The notes under the pieces: generated by a model
Told to the model about the DNA's origin: nothing
Databases searched by the model: none
Seen by the model: the letters and a program-made list of their open reading frames with translations, nothing else
Program-made: the position numbers and the translations under genes
Origin: a bacterium
Lineage (GTDB): Bacteria > UBA8248
Length of the DNA: 64,000 bases
NCBI GenBank assembly: GCA_965202625.1
Contig: CBDBBI010000010.1
Location: 2,784,001 to 2,848,000 of the forward strand
Direction of reading: 5' to 3'
Shown: piece after piece, positions 19,986 through 29,564 of the stretch
Layout of the letters: each line of letters begins with the position of its first letter
How positions within the stretch are numbered: position 1 is the first letter of the stretch

Positions 19986-20655
19986 TTGCCTCGATCTTTA
20001 CTTGACTGCCTTTACGCAACTGACCGCGGATGCCCCAACGAACCTTGGAGCCGCCCAATATGTAGCCAACCAGCCCGTCGCTGAACAAGACGGGCGCTCC
20101 TGTCGTAGGTTTGACCTTCAATCCGGCAACGCGAACGCGCCGGTCCCCAGAGTTCCTGGCGGTGACGAACACTTGTTCCCCGCGCTGTTCCACCCTCCAG
20201 GACAAGCGTGGAACAGCGCCTCGGCTGACGCCGAAAAACACGGGAACCGAATACCGCATCAGCAGGTTTACCGACACTCCGCTTTTGCGTTTGCGCGTGG
20301 GCAGCTGATCAATGATCAGGCGGTAATTCTCCTCTCGCGCCAACGGGGCCTTGCTCACCCGCACGATGCGGATGGTGGAATTGCTGGTCGGCCTCAGCCT
20401 GGCAAAGGGTGGGCTCGCCACCACGTCGCGGGTGGGCATCAGCTTGTCCTTGCCGTTGCCTTGCGTCCATTTGAATATGCGCACCTGGACGTCCAGACGT
20501 TCATTGCCCAGGTTGCGCAGGGCGATCCTTGAGGCCGCACCGGGTTTTGGCACTTCCACCAGAACCGGCGCGACTTGCAAGGTTGCCGCACCGGCGCTCA
20601 GGGCCGAAACCAGCATAAAAGCCGCGCTCAAGAACAAAATGACTGAATTCCGCAC
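19933..20655 (-). CDS. Periplasmic pilus chaperone (CsuC-like)
   Basis: LQVAPV, QVRIFKW, ASPP, YRLIIDQLP, RYSVPVF. Confidence 0.9.
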   Translation of the reverse strand: MRNSVILFLSAAFMLVSALSAGAATLQVAPVLVEVPKPGAASRIALRNLGNERLDVQVRIFKWTQGNGKDKLMPTRDVVASPPFARLRPTSNSTIRIVRVSKAPLAREENYRLIIDQLPTRKRKSGVSVNLLMRYSVPVFFGVSRGAVPRLSWRVEQRGEQVFVTARNSGDRRVRVAGLKVKPTTGAPVLFSDGLVGYILGGSKVRWGIRGQLRKGSQVKIEANGDIGPIRASARVQAVR

Positions 20656-20703
20656 CAGAGGATTCTCGTATTCTCGGCAGGTTGTACTGCTAAATTTTCG
20701 CGC

Positions 20704-21219
20704 CTAGTATGTAAGGGTCACGGTGATCGTGTCTTCATAGTTCCCCGGCCGTGGCGTATCTTGCGCGGGTACTCGGCCATACACGGTGTGCGTTTGAAGC
20801 GTGCCATTGCCGGTCGCCGATTTCTGCTCACTGTCGGCTATCTCGCCCCAGTTCACGGTCCGGGCCGCGTTCTGGAACATTTGATATTCCACCGTTTCCG
20901 TGCCGCTTGTGCGTTTCATCAACCGCGTGGTTGTTGTGGCACTGGCTGTTGTGCCTTCATTCAGCTCTATCTCATAGGGTGTGGTGTCGGCGCACTGGAT
21001 CGTGATATCCGCCGAGGCATCCATATTGGCGTCCAGTACCCCTGCCGTGCCGAAATCCAATACCTCGGTCGATACGATGCTGCAATCGCTCTCGATCGTG
21101 ATGCGCGCGGTGAACGTATCGGTGGCCGTGACGGCATGGGCTATTGTCGCAAGAGCCAGTGCACAACACCACACTGCCGCGCCCTTGTTGAAGCAACTGC
21201 GAATATAGTTGCACATCAA
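20704..21219 (-). CDS. Csu/spore-coat-U major pilin (CsuA/B-like)
   Basis: Signal peptide, C...LDFG, YGRVPAQDTP..GNYEDTITVTLTY. Confidence 0.85.
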   Translation of the reverse strand: MMCNYIRSCFNKGAAVWCCALALATIAHAVTATDTFTARITIESDCSIVSTEVLDFGTAGVLDANMDASADITIQCADTTPYEIELNEGTTASATTTTRLMKRTSGTETVEYQMFQNAARTVNWGEIADSEQKSATGNGTLQTHTVYGRVPAQDTPRPGNYEDTITVTLTY

Positions 21220-21857
21220 AGTTCCCCTTTAATTCGCACTTTTTGAACACAAAGTTGATCGTGCTCCCGCCTGATGGCACACATACCGAACACGCCTCAT
21301 CTGTGCAAATGACATTGCAAATTCATAAGAATCGCGTTTGTAGTTTTATAGTAGCACGTATTTTTGTTGATGGAATAGCTATTTTTTTTTTTTCGAAATT
21401 TCCTGGCTTTTTCAGATATTTTTCTGTTTTCTCTTACCTTCCTGCCTATCGCCAAAGGGACCTGCTTGTCGGTCGCCCGTTGAATACGGAACCACAACGT
21501 GGGCGTGGCGGGGAGAAACGCATCCCCCGTCCCCGTGCCCCCCTGTAGCCGCGATCTCCAGGATGGACGCGGCGACCCGGAAAATCCCTCGATTCACGGC
21601 CTTTGCAACGCTGATAATCCCCCCGATAAACGCCCTTGAAATGCCCTTGAAAAGGGCGGAAAACGTCCTGTTCCTGTCTTTTCATCGCAAAGTTCGCAAT
21701 GATTTCACTCCGCCCCCCGCTCAAGTTTCTGAAAGCCACTCTCTGACGTGGGGGTGAGGCGAAAGAGCAAGCGGAGCGTCCTCCGCATGACGAGAGAGGA
21801 ACGTGAGGCGAGGCTTGCGTTTTTGTGCGCGCTTTGCTTTGAGGAGCCGAGCGGCTG

Positions 21858-23009
21858 CTATTTGAGTGAGAAAAGACGCCTCGTCACGCTGGCGTCCGGT
21901 ATAGACGTTTTCCCCTCCCACGCCAACTCGGCCAGGAGCCTTCCGGTGAGGGGGGCGAACTTGAATCCGTGCCCCGAGAAACCGGCCCCTATCGCGACTC
22001 GCGGATTCTCTGGATGCAAGTCGATGATGAAATCCTCGTTTGGTGCGTTCGTGTAGAGACAATGCTCCGCACCGGCGAGCGTCCATTCTGATGAGGTGAA
22101 GAATCCCTCCATGAAGCGTTTCAAATCTTCTATCTTATCCTGCTCGACGGCGACCGGCGGGTCGTCCGGGTCGTCATCCACACCGACTCGCAGGTGGCGG
22201 CCCACCTTGATGCCGGGGCGGCCGAATTCGGGCATCCCGTAGAAAAGATGGTTCTCCTCCTCCTCCATATATACCCACACGGGAAAGCGACCGGGCTTGC
22301 AGTCGTCCATCTCGCCCTCGCGCGTGAAGTAGGCGACCGTCTGGCGAGCGACCGTCAAGGAGGGGCGGAGAAAGGGGAGCAAATCCCGCGCCCAGGCCCC
22401 CGCCGTCACGATCAGACGCTCGGCTCTGAGTACCCCTTTGCTCGTCTCGACCGACAACAAAGGCTCCGCCGCCGGGTCGATCGCACGGACGACGGTGTTT
22501 TCATATATGCGCGCGCCGTTTTTGTGGGCCAGTTTGAGGAGCGATTCCATCGCTTCCCTGGCCGAGACGATTCCGGCCGTCTTGTCGAGCAAGACGTTCT
22601 CTGCACCCTCGAACGTGAACTGGGGATATCTCCCCCGCGCCTCGGCTGGCGAGATGACCTCGACTGCCGCCCCCTCTTCTTGAACCGCATGAAGGTAGCG
22701 GTTGAAACGCTCGCATGGCGGTCCGATGAAAAGCCCGGAATTCGGATGGACGAGCCGCTTGCCGGCGTCTTTCTCGAGTCTTGGCCACTCTTCGCGGTGC
22801 ACCCACTGCATCAGGCGCACGTATTCCGGCGCTACGTAGGCGCTTCTTGTGACGCGGGCGGCCCCGTGCGAACTGCCCCGCTCGTGCCCGACGGAGAATC
22901 GCTCCACCAGCCCGACGCGCCTGACGCCCAGGCGCGCGAGATGGTAAAGGGCGCAAAGCCCGTTGACCCCCCCGCCGATCACCAGGACGTCGAAAATTTC
23001 ACCGCTCAT
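21858..23009 (-). CDS. Monomeric sarcosine oxidase / N-methyltryptophan oxidase family flavoprotein
   Basis: IGGGVNG, GSSHG, CLYT, GFSGHGFKF; start reassigned to ATG 23009. Confidence 0.85.
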   Translation of the reverse strand: MSGEIFDVLVIGGGVNGLCALYHLARLGVRRVGLVERFSVGHERGSSHGAARVTRSAYVAPEYVRLMQWVHREEWPRLEKDAGKRLVHPNSGLFIGPPCERFNRYLHAVQEEGAAVEVISPAEARGRYPQFTFEGAENVLLDKTAGIVSAREAMESLLKLAHKNGARIYENTVVRAIDPAAEPLLSVETSKGVLRAERLIVTAGAWARDLLPFLRPSLTVARQTVAYFTREGEMDDCKPGRFPVWVYMEEEENHLFYGMPEFGRPGIKVGRHLRVGVDDDPDDPPVAVEQDKIEDLKRFMEGFFTSSEWTLAGAEHCLYTNAPNEDFIIDLHPENPRVAIGAGFSGHGFKFAPLTGRLLAELAWEGKTSIPDASVTRRLFSLK

Positions 23010-23285
23010 GGGCGCGTCCTCATGGGGCGGCGGCACCGCCCGTTCGCTCCCGACCCTCTCGCGCGGAGCCATGCACACATTGCACACCATCGCCGAGCGA
23101 ATATCAATGACGAGGAGAGCCGCCCGCCCCGGATTTTCCCTCTCTTGCGGGTTCGCGCGTTTTCGGGGGAGTGGCCGGCGTCGGCAGGCGGGGGGCGGCG
23201 CATCATGGTAAGGTGGGATGATTAGAATGGAATTTTTCAACCCCGTTGGAGAGAAGTGACGTTCACGTCATGGAAGGAGGCGAAA

Positions 23286-24710
23286 ATGGGCGCCGACGAT
23301 CTGCATTTTCTCTCACTATACGCGCTGTCCGAGCTGTTGCGGGAGAAGAAAGTCTCGCCGCGGGAGGTGGTGGACGCGCACCTGCGGCAAATAGAGGCGC
23401 ACAACCCCCGCATCAACGCGTTCATCACCGTGTGCGGGGAGAGGGCGGCGGAGGACGCGAGACGAGCGGAAGTCGAGATGGGGGAGGGAAACTATCGGGG
23501 GCCGCTTCACGGCCTCCCCGTGGGCGTCAAGGATATCGTGGACACGGCAGGCGTTCTGACCACGCAAGGTTCTCGTTTTTTCGCAAACAACGTTCCGGCG
23601 GAGGATGCGGAGTGCGTGCGGCGGCTTCGGAAGGCGGGTGCCATCGTGATCGGAAAATGCAACACCCACGAATTTGCGGCGGGCTCCACCACGGTGAATC
23701 CCCATTACGGCCCGTGCCGAAACCCCTGGAACGTCGAGCGGGTCGCGGGCGGCTCGAGCGGCGGCTCGGGGGCGTCCGTCGCGGCGTTCATGTGTCCCGC
23801 CGCCGTGGGAACCGACACGGGCGGCTCCATTCGGGGGCCGGCGGCCGCCTGCGGAACGATGGGCCTGAAGCCCACCTATGGCCGGGTGAGCCTGCGCGGC
23901 GTGTTTCCGAACGCTCCGAGTCTCGACCACGCCGGCCCGCTCGCCAGGACGGCGCGCGATTGCGGTCTCGCACTCCAGGGAATGGCGGGCTACGATCCGG
24001 CGGACCCGTGCTCGGCGGATAGGGATGCGCCGGATTTCTGCGCCCTCATAGGCGAGAGCGTCAAGGGGATGCGCTTCGGGGTTTGCCGGGACTTGCACCT
24101 CGCCGAGAATGACGAGTCGGTTCTGCGCGGCTTTGAGTGCACTCTCGACGTGATGAAGCGTCTGGGCGGCGTCCTCCTCGACGTGCGCTATCCGCTTGCG
24201 AGAAGGATGGACGAGGTGCGCGGCGTCATCGCCGACGCGGAGTTGGCGTCGGTGCATCGCGAGCGATTTCGCCGGCAGCCGGAAGAATTCGGAGAGGACG
24301 TGCGGGAGCGCATCGAGAAGGCGAGCCGCGCGACGCTCGATGATTACGTGCGCGCCTGCCGGGAGCGGCGAACGCTCACGCGGGAGATGGAGAAGGTGTT
24401 TGATGAGGTCGACGTCCTCATCGGGCCTGTATATCCCTGTCCCGCTGCGCCTATCGAGACGAGGATGGGCCGCGTGAACGGGGTGGAGCATCCGTTCTCC
24501 GGCCTCGGCAGAGCCCAGACCGGTCCCTACAACCTGTTTGGTTTTCCGGTGCTCGCCGCCCCGTCGGGTTTTAGCGACGATGGACTGCCGGTGTCGGCGC
24601 AATTCGTGGCACCGCCCTGGGAGGAGGCCCGCCTCCTCCAGGCCGCCCATGCGTTCGAGGAGGCGACGCCGGAGATACGGAGCGAGAAACCGCCGATTTT
24701 CCGTGAATGA
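23286..24710 (+). CDS. Amidase signature family protein
   Basis: GVKDI, GGSSGGSG, GTDTGGSIR, GLKPTYGRV. Confidence 0.9.
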   Translation: MGADDLHFLSLYALSELLREKKVSPREVVDAHLRQIEAHNPRINAFITVCGERAAEDARRAEVEMGEGNYRGPLHGLPVGVKDIVDTAGVLTTQGSRFFANNVPAEDAECVRRLRKAGAIVIGKCNTHEFAAGSTTVNPHYGPCRNPWNVERVAGGSSGGSGASVAAFMCPAAVGTDTGGSIRGPAAACGTMGLKPTYGRVSLRGVFPNAPSLDHAGPLARTARDCGLALQGMAGYDPADPCSADRDAPDFCALIGESVKGMRFGVCRDLHLAENDESVLRGFECTLDVMKRLGGVLLDVRYPLARRMDEVRGVIADAELASVHRERFRRQPEEFGEDVRERIEKASRATLDDYVRACRERRTLTREMEKVFDEVDVLIGPVYPCPAAPIETRMGRVNGVEHPFSGLGRAQTGPYNLFGFPVLAAPSGFSDDGLPVSAQFVAPPWEEARLLQAAHAFEEATPEIRSEKPPIFRE

Positions 24711-25635
24711 TTTGGAACCCATGACTGTCGTGCCTCCCATAAAATCCCAGGGGATCAAGACGAAACTTGCGGAATGGATTGCGGAGTGCGCAAGGGAGCG
24801 AGGGTTTGATAGATGGGTAGAGCCTTTTTTGGGGACGGGTGCGGTCGCATTCAACGTCCGCCCGAAAAGGGCGCTGCTTTGTGACAGCAATCCGCATGTA
24901 ATCGCGTTTTATACATCCGTCCAGATGAAAAAAATTACAGGCGACGCCGCAAAAAGCTTTCTTTACAGGGAGGGGGAGAAACTCTCAAAAAGCGATGGCG
25001 CCTATTATTACGACGTCAGAGACCGCTTCAACGCGTATGGAAACCCGCTTGATTTTCTTTTTCTGAACCGCTCCTGTTTTAACGGGATGATGCGTTTCAA
25101 CAAAAATGGTGGATTCAACGTTCCTTTTTGCAAAAAGCCCCGGCGCTTCCGCCCGTCTCTCATCACGAAAATCACGAATCAGATCGCAATGGTCTCGCGC
25201 ATCATCGAGGAGGGAGACTATACGTTTCGGCATCAGGCGTTCCGGCAGACTTTGGCGGAAACCAGGGAAGGGGACATCGTATATTGCGACCCTCCATATA
25301 TTGGCCGCCACGTCGATTATTATGATTCATGGTCGGAAGGAGAAGAGACCGCACTCCACGATGCGTTGGCAGGTTCTCGTGCGGATTTCATCGTGTCCAC
25401 TTGGCTGAAAAACAAATACCGCACCAACGATCACGTCTTTTCTCTTTGGAAAGATTGCGCGATCGCCGTGAAAAAGCATTTTTATCATGTGGGAGCAAAG
25501 GAGGAGAACCGCAACGCCGTATATGAGGCGCTGCTCACGAATTTTGCTGCGCCCTTCTCCCAGCCTGTGAAGGCACAAAAAGGCGGGGGCGATCGCACCG
25601 CCCAGGTTTTTGTGGGTGAGGCATCCATCTTATAA
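24703..25635 (+). CDS. Dam-family N6-adenine DNA methyltransferase, M.EcoRV-like, orphan
   Basis: VPPIKSQGIKTKL, EPFLGTG, LDFLFLNRSCFNG, YCDPPYIGRHVDY, HFYHVGA; more AT-rich than flanks. Confidence 0.85.
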   Translation: MNDLEPMTVVPPIKSQGIKTKLAEWIAECARERGFDRWVEPFLGTGAVAFNVRPKRALLCDSNPHVIAFYTSVQMKKITGDAAKSFLYREGEKLSKSDGAYYYDVRDRFNAYGNPLDFLFLNRSCFNGMMRFNKNGGFNVPFCKKPRRFRPSLITKITNQIAMVSRIIEEGDYTFRHQAFRQTLAETREGDIVYCDPPYIGRHVDYYDSWSEGEETALHDALAGSRADFIVSTWLKNKYRTNDHVFSLWKDCAIAVKKHFYHVGAKEENRNAVYEALLTNFAAPFSQPVKAQKGGGDRTAQVFVGEASIL

Positions 25636-25683
25636 TTGGGGTTTGTTTTGACGCCGATTCCCCCAGCATGAGGATATAGGAAT

Positions 25684-26529
25684 ATGACGCCAGATGATGG
25701 TTCCGTGCTCGTCTCGACGGCGTGGCTTTCCGAGCGCCTGGAAAGCCCGAATCTTCACGTGATAGAGGTTTCCGCATCCAGCGATTACGCCGGATACGGA
25801 AAGGCCCACGTTCCGGGGGCGCATTGGTGGTTCTGGAAGGACGCCCTTTGGCACGAGACGGACCGCGCGTTCGCCGCTCCTGGAGAGATGGCGGAGCGGC
25901 TGGGCCGCAGGGGCATCAGCGCGGATGAGACCATCGTCCTCTATGGAGACCCCGTGCAGTTTGGAACCTATGCGTTCTGGGTTCTCAAGATGGCGGGCTT
26001 TGCGAATTTGAGGCTGCTTGACGGCGCCAAGAAAAAGTGGGTCGCCGAGGGTGCCCCCGTCTCGCAGGAGGCGCCGTGCCTCTGTGCCGTCCCCGGCTCC
26101 GCCGTGGGCGAGGGGGAGGAGCTGAGCGTGGGCCGGGATGACGTTCGCGCCCGTCTGGGTGATCCGGGCAGGGTGCTGCTCGACGTTCGATCTCCCGAGG
26201 AATTCAGAGGCGAGCGGGTGATGCCCCCGCCGGGCTTTGACCATGGCGCGGAACGGGCGGGGCGCATACCGGGGGCGGTTCATCTGTTTTTCCGCGAGCT
26301 GCTGAATGCGGACGACACCTTCAAGCGTCCGGAGGAGATCGAGGAAATTCTGGCAGGGGTGGTCGCCGCACCTGATGCGGTCGAGCTCGTCCTCTACTGA
26401 CGCCTGAGCCACCGGGCCAGTCTGGTCTGGTTCGCCATGCGGTATTTGCTGGGTTATAGAAACGTCAAGATCTATGACGGCTCATGGACGGAATGGGGGA
26501 GCATCGTCGGCTTTCCCATCGAGAGATGA
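25684..26529 (+). CDS. Tandem-domain rhodanese/sulfurtransferase, predicted selenoprotein (UGA 26398-26400 = Sec239), 281 aa
   Basis: Reading through the TGA gives VLY-U-RLSHRASLVWFAMRYLLGYRNVKIYDGSWTEWG...FPIER*, restoring the catalytic loop and the YDGSWxEW signature. Confidence 0.85.
26411..26431 (+). promoter_or_regulatory. Bacterial SECIS-like hairpin
   Basis: ACCGGGCCA-GTC-TGGTCTGGT forms a 9-bp stem with two G-U pairs, starting 11 nt after the in-frame UGA, with a GU-containing apical loop. Confidence 0.7.
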
Positions 26530-26557
26530 GGCGCGCCTCCCTCGCGCGGAGGATGGG

Positions 26558-27553
26558 TCAGCCGGCGGGGTAGCGTGGCTTTCCGCCTCTTAAGACGCGA
26601 AGCACGTCCGTCGCCGCCTTTCGCCTCATGTCCTCCAGGGCGGCCGTGCTGTACCATGCGCCGTGCGGCGTGATGAGGCAGTTGGACAGACCGAGCAGCG
26701 GGTGGCTTCCGGGCGGGGGCTCCTCCCGCAGCACGTCGATCCCCGCGCCCCGGATGGCGCCTTTCTCCAAAGCGGAGGCGAGTGCCCCCTCATCCACCAG
26801 TTCGCCGCGCGCCACGTTGATCAGAACGGCTTCCGGCTTCATGCGTTCGAGTGCTTGCGCACTCACCAGTCCCCTCGTTTCGGGCGTGAGGGGCGCGTGC
26901 AGGGAGACGTAGTCCGCCTCCCGCCAAATGCGCGCGAGCGGGACTTTCCGGGCGCGCAGTTTCGTGAACGCCGATTCCGCAGCGAAGGGATCTTGGGCGA
27001 TTATCCGCATTCCGAAGGCGCGCGCCTTCCTCGCCAGAGAGGCGCCGATTCTCCCGAGGCCCACGACGCCAAGGGTGGCGCCCCGAAGCGGAGCGATGGG
27101 CCGGAGAGAGGCGATTCCCCATCCGCCTTTTTTGACTTCCTCCGCCCCCTCGCCGAGTTTTCTCGCGAAGAACAGGAGCATCGCCATGGCGTGGTCCGAT
27201 ACTTCCTCGATGCAGTAATCGGGAACGAAAGCGACCTGTATCCCCTTTTCTCGCGCGGCCTGGAGGTCAACGTTGTCCACTCCCACGCCGCCGCGCGCGA
27301 GGATTTTGCAGCGCTTCAGGCGTGAGACGACCTCGGCGGTGAACTTGGGAGCCGCGCCGATGATGACGCCCTCCGCCTCCGCGCAGAGCGCGGCCAGGGA
27401 GTTCGGGTCCGCCCCCATGCCCTGGATCAGGCGGCAGCCCAGAGGGGAGAGTATCTCCTCCTCAATGGTGGGCGGCCCGAAGCGCGTTCCGGCGAGGGCG
27501 ACGATAGGGCCATCCTCCTCGCTCGGGTCTAGAGCTCTCTCAGCATTCCCCAT
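26558..27553 (-). CDS. D-2-hydroxyacid dehydrogenase (CtBP/SerA-like)
   Basis: GVGVDNVD, VPDYC..EVSDH, GLGRIG, NVARG, TPHGAW. Start uncertain. Confidence 0.85.
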   Translation of the reverse strand: MGNAERALDPSEEDGPIVALAGTRFGPPTIEEEILSPLGCRLIQGMGADPNSLAALCAEAEGVIIGAAPKFTAEVVSRLKRCKILARGGVGVDNVDLQAAREKGIQVAFVPDYCIEEVSDHAMAMLLFFARKLGEGAEEVKKGGWGIASLRPIAPLRGATLGVVGLGRIGASLARKARAFGMRIIAQDPFAAESAFTKLRARKVPLARIWREADYVSLHAPLTPETRGLVSAQALERMKPEAVLINVARGELVDEGALASALEKGAIRGAGIDVLREEPPPGSHPLLGLSNCLITPHGAWYSTAALEDMRRKAATDVLRVLRGGKPRYPAG

Positions 27554-28353
27554 TTTTGCACCGTGGCGACTTCGAGCGAGCGGAGAACGAGACGTTCGAC
27601 GGCGAAGCCCAGAAAACCGATGATGATGATGCCGCCGTAGATGACGGCGCTGTTGAGCGTCTCCTGGGCGTCGAATATCCGGACGCCCAGGCCCATCTCC
27701 GGCGAGGCGAGCAACTCGCCGGCCAGAAGCACGCGCCAGGCGCGGGCGAAGCCGATGCGCCATCCGGAGATGACTACGGGCAGTGCGCCGGGCAGCAGGA
27801 TGCGCACCAGCAGGGAGAAGCCTTTCGTCTCCATGGAGCGGGCCGCGTTCACGAGCGTTTCGTTCACGGTCTTCACGCCCACCCAGGTGTTGAGCACGAT
27901 GGGAATGCAAGTGGCGAAGGAGATGGTGATGACGACGGCTTTTTCCGTCAGTCCCCAAAAGAGAATCGTCGCCGGAAACAGGGCGATGCCGGGTATCGTG
28001 CTGAAGAAGTTCACCACGGGAACGAATATCCACTCGATGGTCCTGGAGGCGCCCATGATGACGCCCACTATCGTTCCCGCGATGAGGGCGAAAAGCAAGG
28101 AGACGAACAACCGGAGAATCGAAGTCCCCACGTGGGTGATGAGCAGGCCGTTGAGAGTCTCGTCCACCATGGTCAGAAATATCGTGTAGATGCGCGGAAA
28201 CAGGGTAGGGGGCACCAGCTCCATCCAGCTCACGAATTCCCAGAGGGCCAGAAGCAGCGCGATGGGCAGGATGTTCTCCATCAGGGCGCGGCTGAAGAAC
28301 TGGAATTTTGCCGCCCGCCCGGATTTGATCTCGCCTTGTGCCATGCCGCTCAA
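27529..28353 (-). CDS. NitT/TauT family ABC permease
   Basis: Hydrophobic; AARSM...ILLPGALP EAA loop. Confidence 0.85.
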   Translation of the reverse strand: MSGMAQGEIKSGRAAKFQFFSRALMENILPIALLLALWEFVSWMELVPPTLFPRIYTIFLTMVDETLNGLLITHVGTSILRLFVSLLFALIAGTIVGVIMGASRTIEWIFVPVVNFFSTIPGIALFPATILFWGLTEKAVVITISFATCIPIVLNTWVGVKTVNETLVNAARSMETKGFSLLVRILLPGALPVVISGWRIGFARAWRVLLAGELLASPEMGLGVRIFDAQETLNSAVIYGGIIIIGFLGFAVERLVLRSLEVATVQKWGMLREL

Positions 28354-28413
28354 AAGGGTTTCTCCCCCATTTCTCTCCGGCCCATCCAGGGGCCGGAGAG
28401 GGAAAAGGTCCGC

Positions 28414-29466
28414 TTAATTGGCGGCCACCGCTTTTTCCACGAAGCGGTTGTCCACGTAATCCTCAAGGGGCGGGGCCGTCTTGATGCGTCCGAGCTTGCG
28501 CAGAATGTCCTGGTTCGCCTTCATGTCGGCTATCATCGCCGCGTCCCAGACGTGGTTCCTGAAGGCGAGGATATCGACGAAGAAGCGCGCGTCCGCCATC
28601 TCGAGCTTCTTGCCGCGTCGGGTGCTGAACGTATGGAACAGCCGGGCGGCGTCCTCCCGGTTCGCCTCGATCCATTTCTTCGCGTTCACCCAGGCGTTGA
28701 CGACCTTCTGCACCACCTGCGGGTGTTTCTGGATGAAGCTCGTGCGGGTGTAAAGCAGGAAGGGATACGGCACCTCGGCCACGCGCTCGATCTCCTTCTC
28801 GCCGATTATCTGGCGTCCCAGACCCCGGTTGAGGATCGAGCGCGCGAACGGATACCAGGGGACGGCGGCGTCGATGTTGCCGGTGCCCATGGCGGCGGCG
28901 ATTCTGGAGGTGCGGATGTAGCGCATCTTGAACATGCTCTCGTTCAGGCCGATCTTGTCCAGGTAGCGCAGCCAGGCGACGTGGGTACCCGAGCCCTTCT
29001 GAATGGCGATGGACTTGCCCTTGAGGTCGGCCATCGTCTTTGAGGTCGTATCGTCTTTTTTCACGATGACGGTGGCGAGGAAGCCCGTGTTGTTCACGGC
29101 CACCGTCTTCATGTTCCAGCCCCTTGCGGACCACTGGACGAGGCGTCCGTTCGCGGCGGTCCCAAAGTCCATGGAGCCGCCATAAACAGACGAAAGCGCC
29201 TGGGAGCCGCTTTTGAGCGGTCGGCCATTGACGTTCAGTCCCTCTTTTTTCAAAAAGCCTTTTTCGATGGCCACGAGGGGAACGATGGCCGTCGCGCTCT
29301 CTGAATAGGCCAGGCGCACCGTTTTGACGACGTCGCGCTCCTTGGCCAGGGGGGTGACTTTTTTCTTTTTTTTCGCGGCGTCGGCGCCCATCGGGGGGAT
29401 GAGCGACGCAGCGAGAAGAGCGATGACGGCGATGGAGAGATGCTTCCAGGTTCGTTTCCGCAACAT
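28414..29466 (-). CDS. NitT/TauT (SsuA/THI5-like) ABC substrate-binding protein
   Basis: Signal peptide, VAIEKGF, DLKGKSIA..KGS, IDAAVPW. Confidence 0.85.
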   Translation of the reverse strand: MLRKRTWKHLSIAVIALLAASLIPPMGADAAKKKKKVTPLAKERDVVKTVRLAYSESATAIVPLVAIEKGFLKKEGLNVNGRPLKSGSQALSSVYGGSMDFGTAANGRLVQWSARGWNMKTVAVNNTGFLATVIVKKDDTTSKTMADLKGKSIAIQKGSGTHVAWLRYLDKIGLNESMFKMRYIRTSRIAAAMGTGNIDAAVPWYPFARSILNRGLGRQIIGEKEIERVAEVPYPFLLYTRTSFIQKHPQVVQKVVNAWVNAKKWIEANREDAARLFHTFSTRRGKKLEMADARFFVDILAFRNHVWDAAMIADMKANQDILRKLGRIKTAPPLEDYVDNRFVEKAVAAN

Positions 29467-29564
29467 GGGCGTTCCTCCTCAAACGATATGGATTCCTGAC
29501 GACGGCTCCGAAAAAACGTTCTTCGCACTTCGCAACACCTCAGAATGGGCGCATACGCCCGTTC

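Noticed and set aside
26398-26400. Nonsense mutation (pseudogene) or genome-wide UGA recoding
   Set aside because: The position at the catalytic Cys plus the hairpin favours Sec, and many other genes here end normally at TGA.
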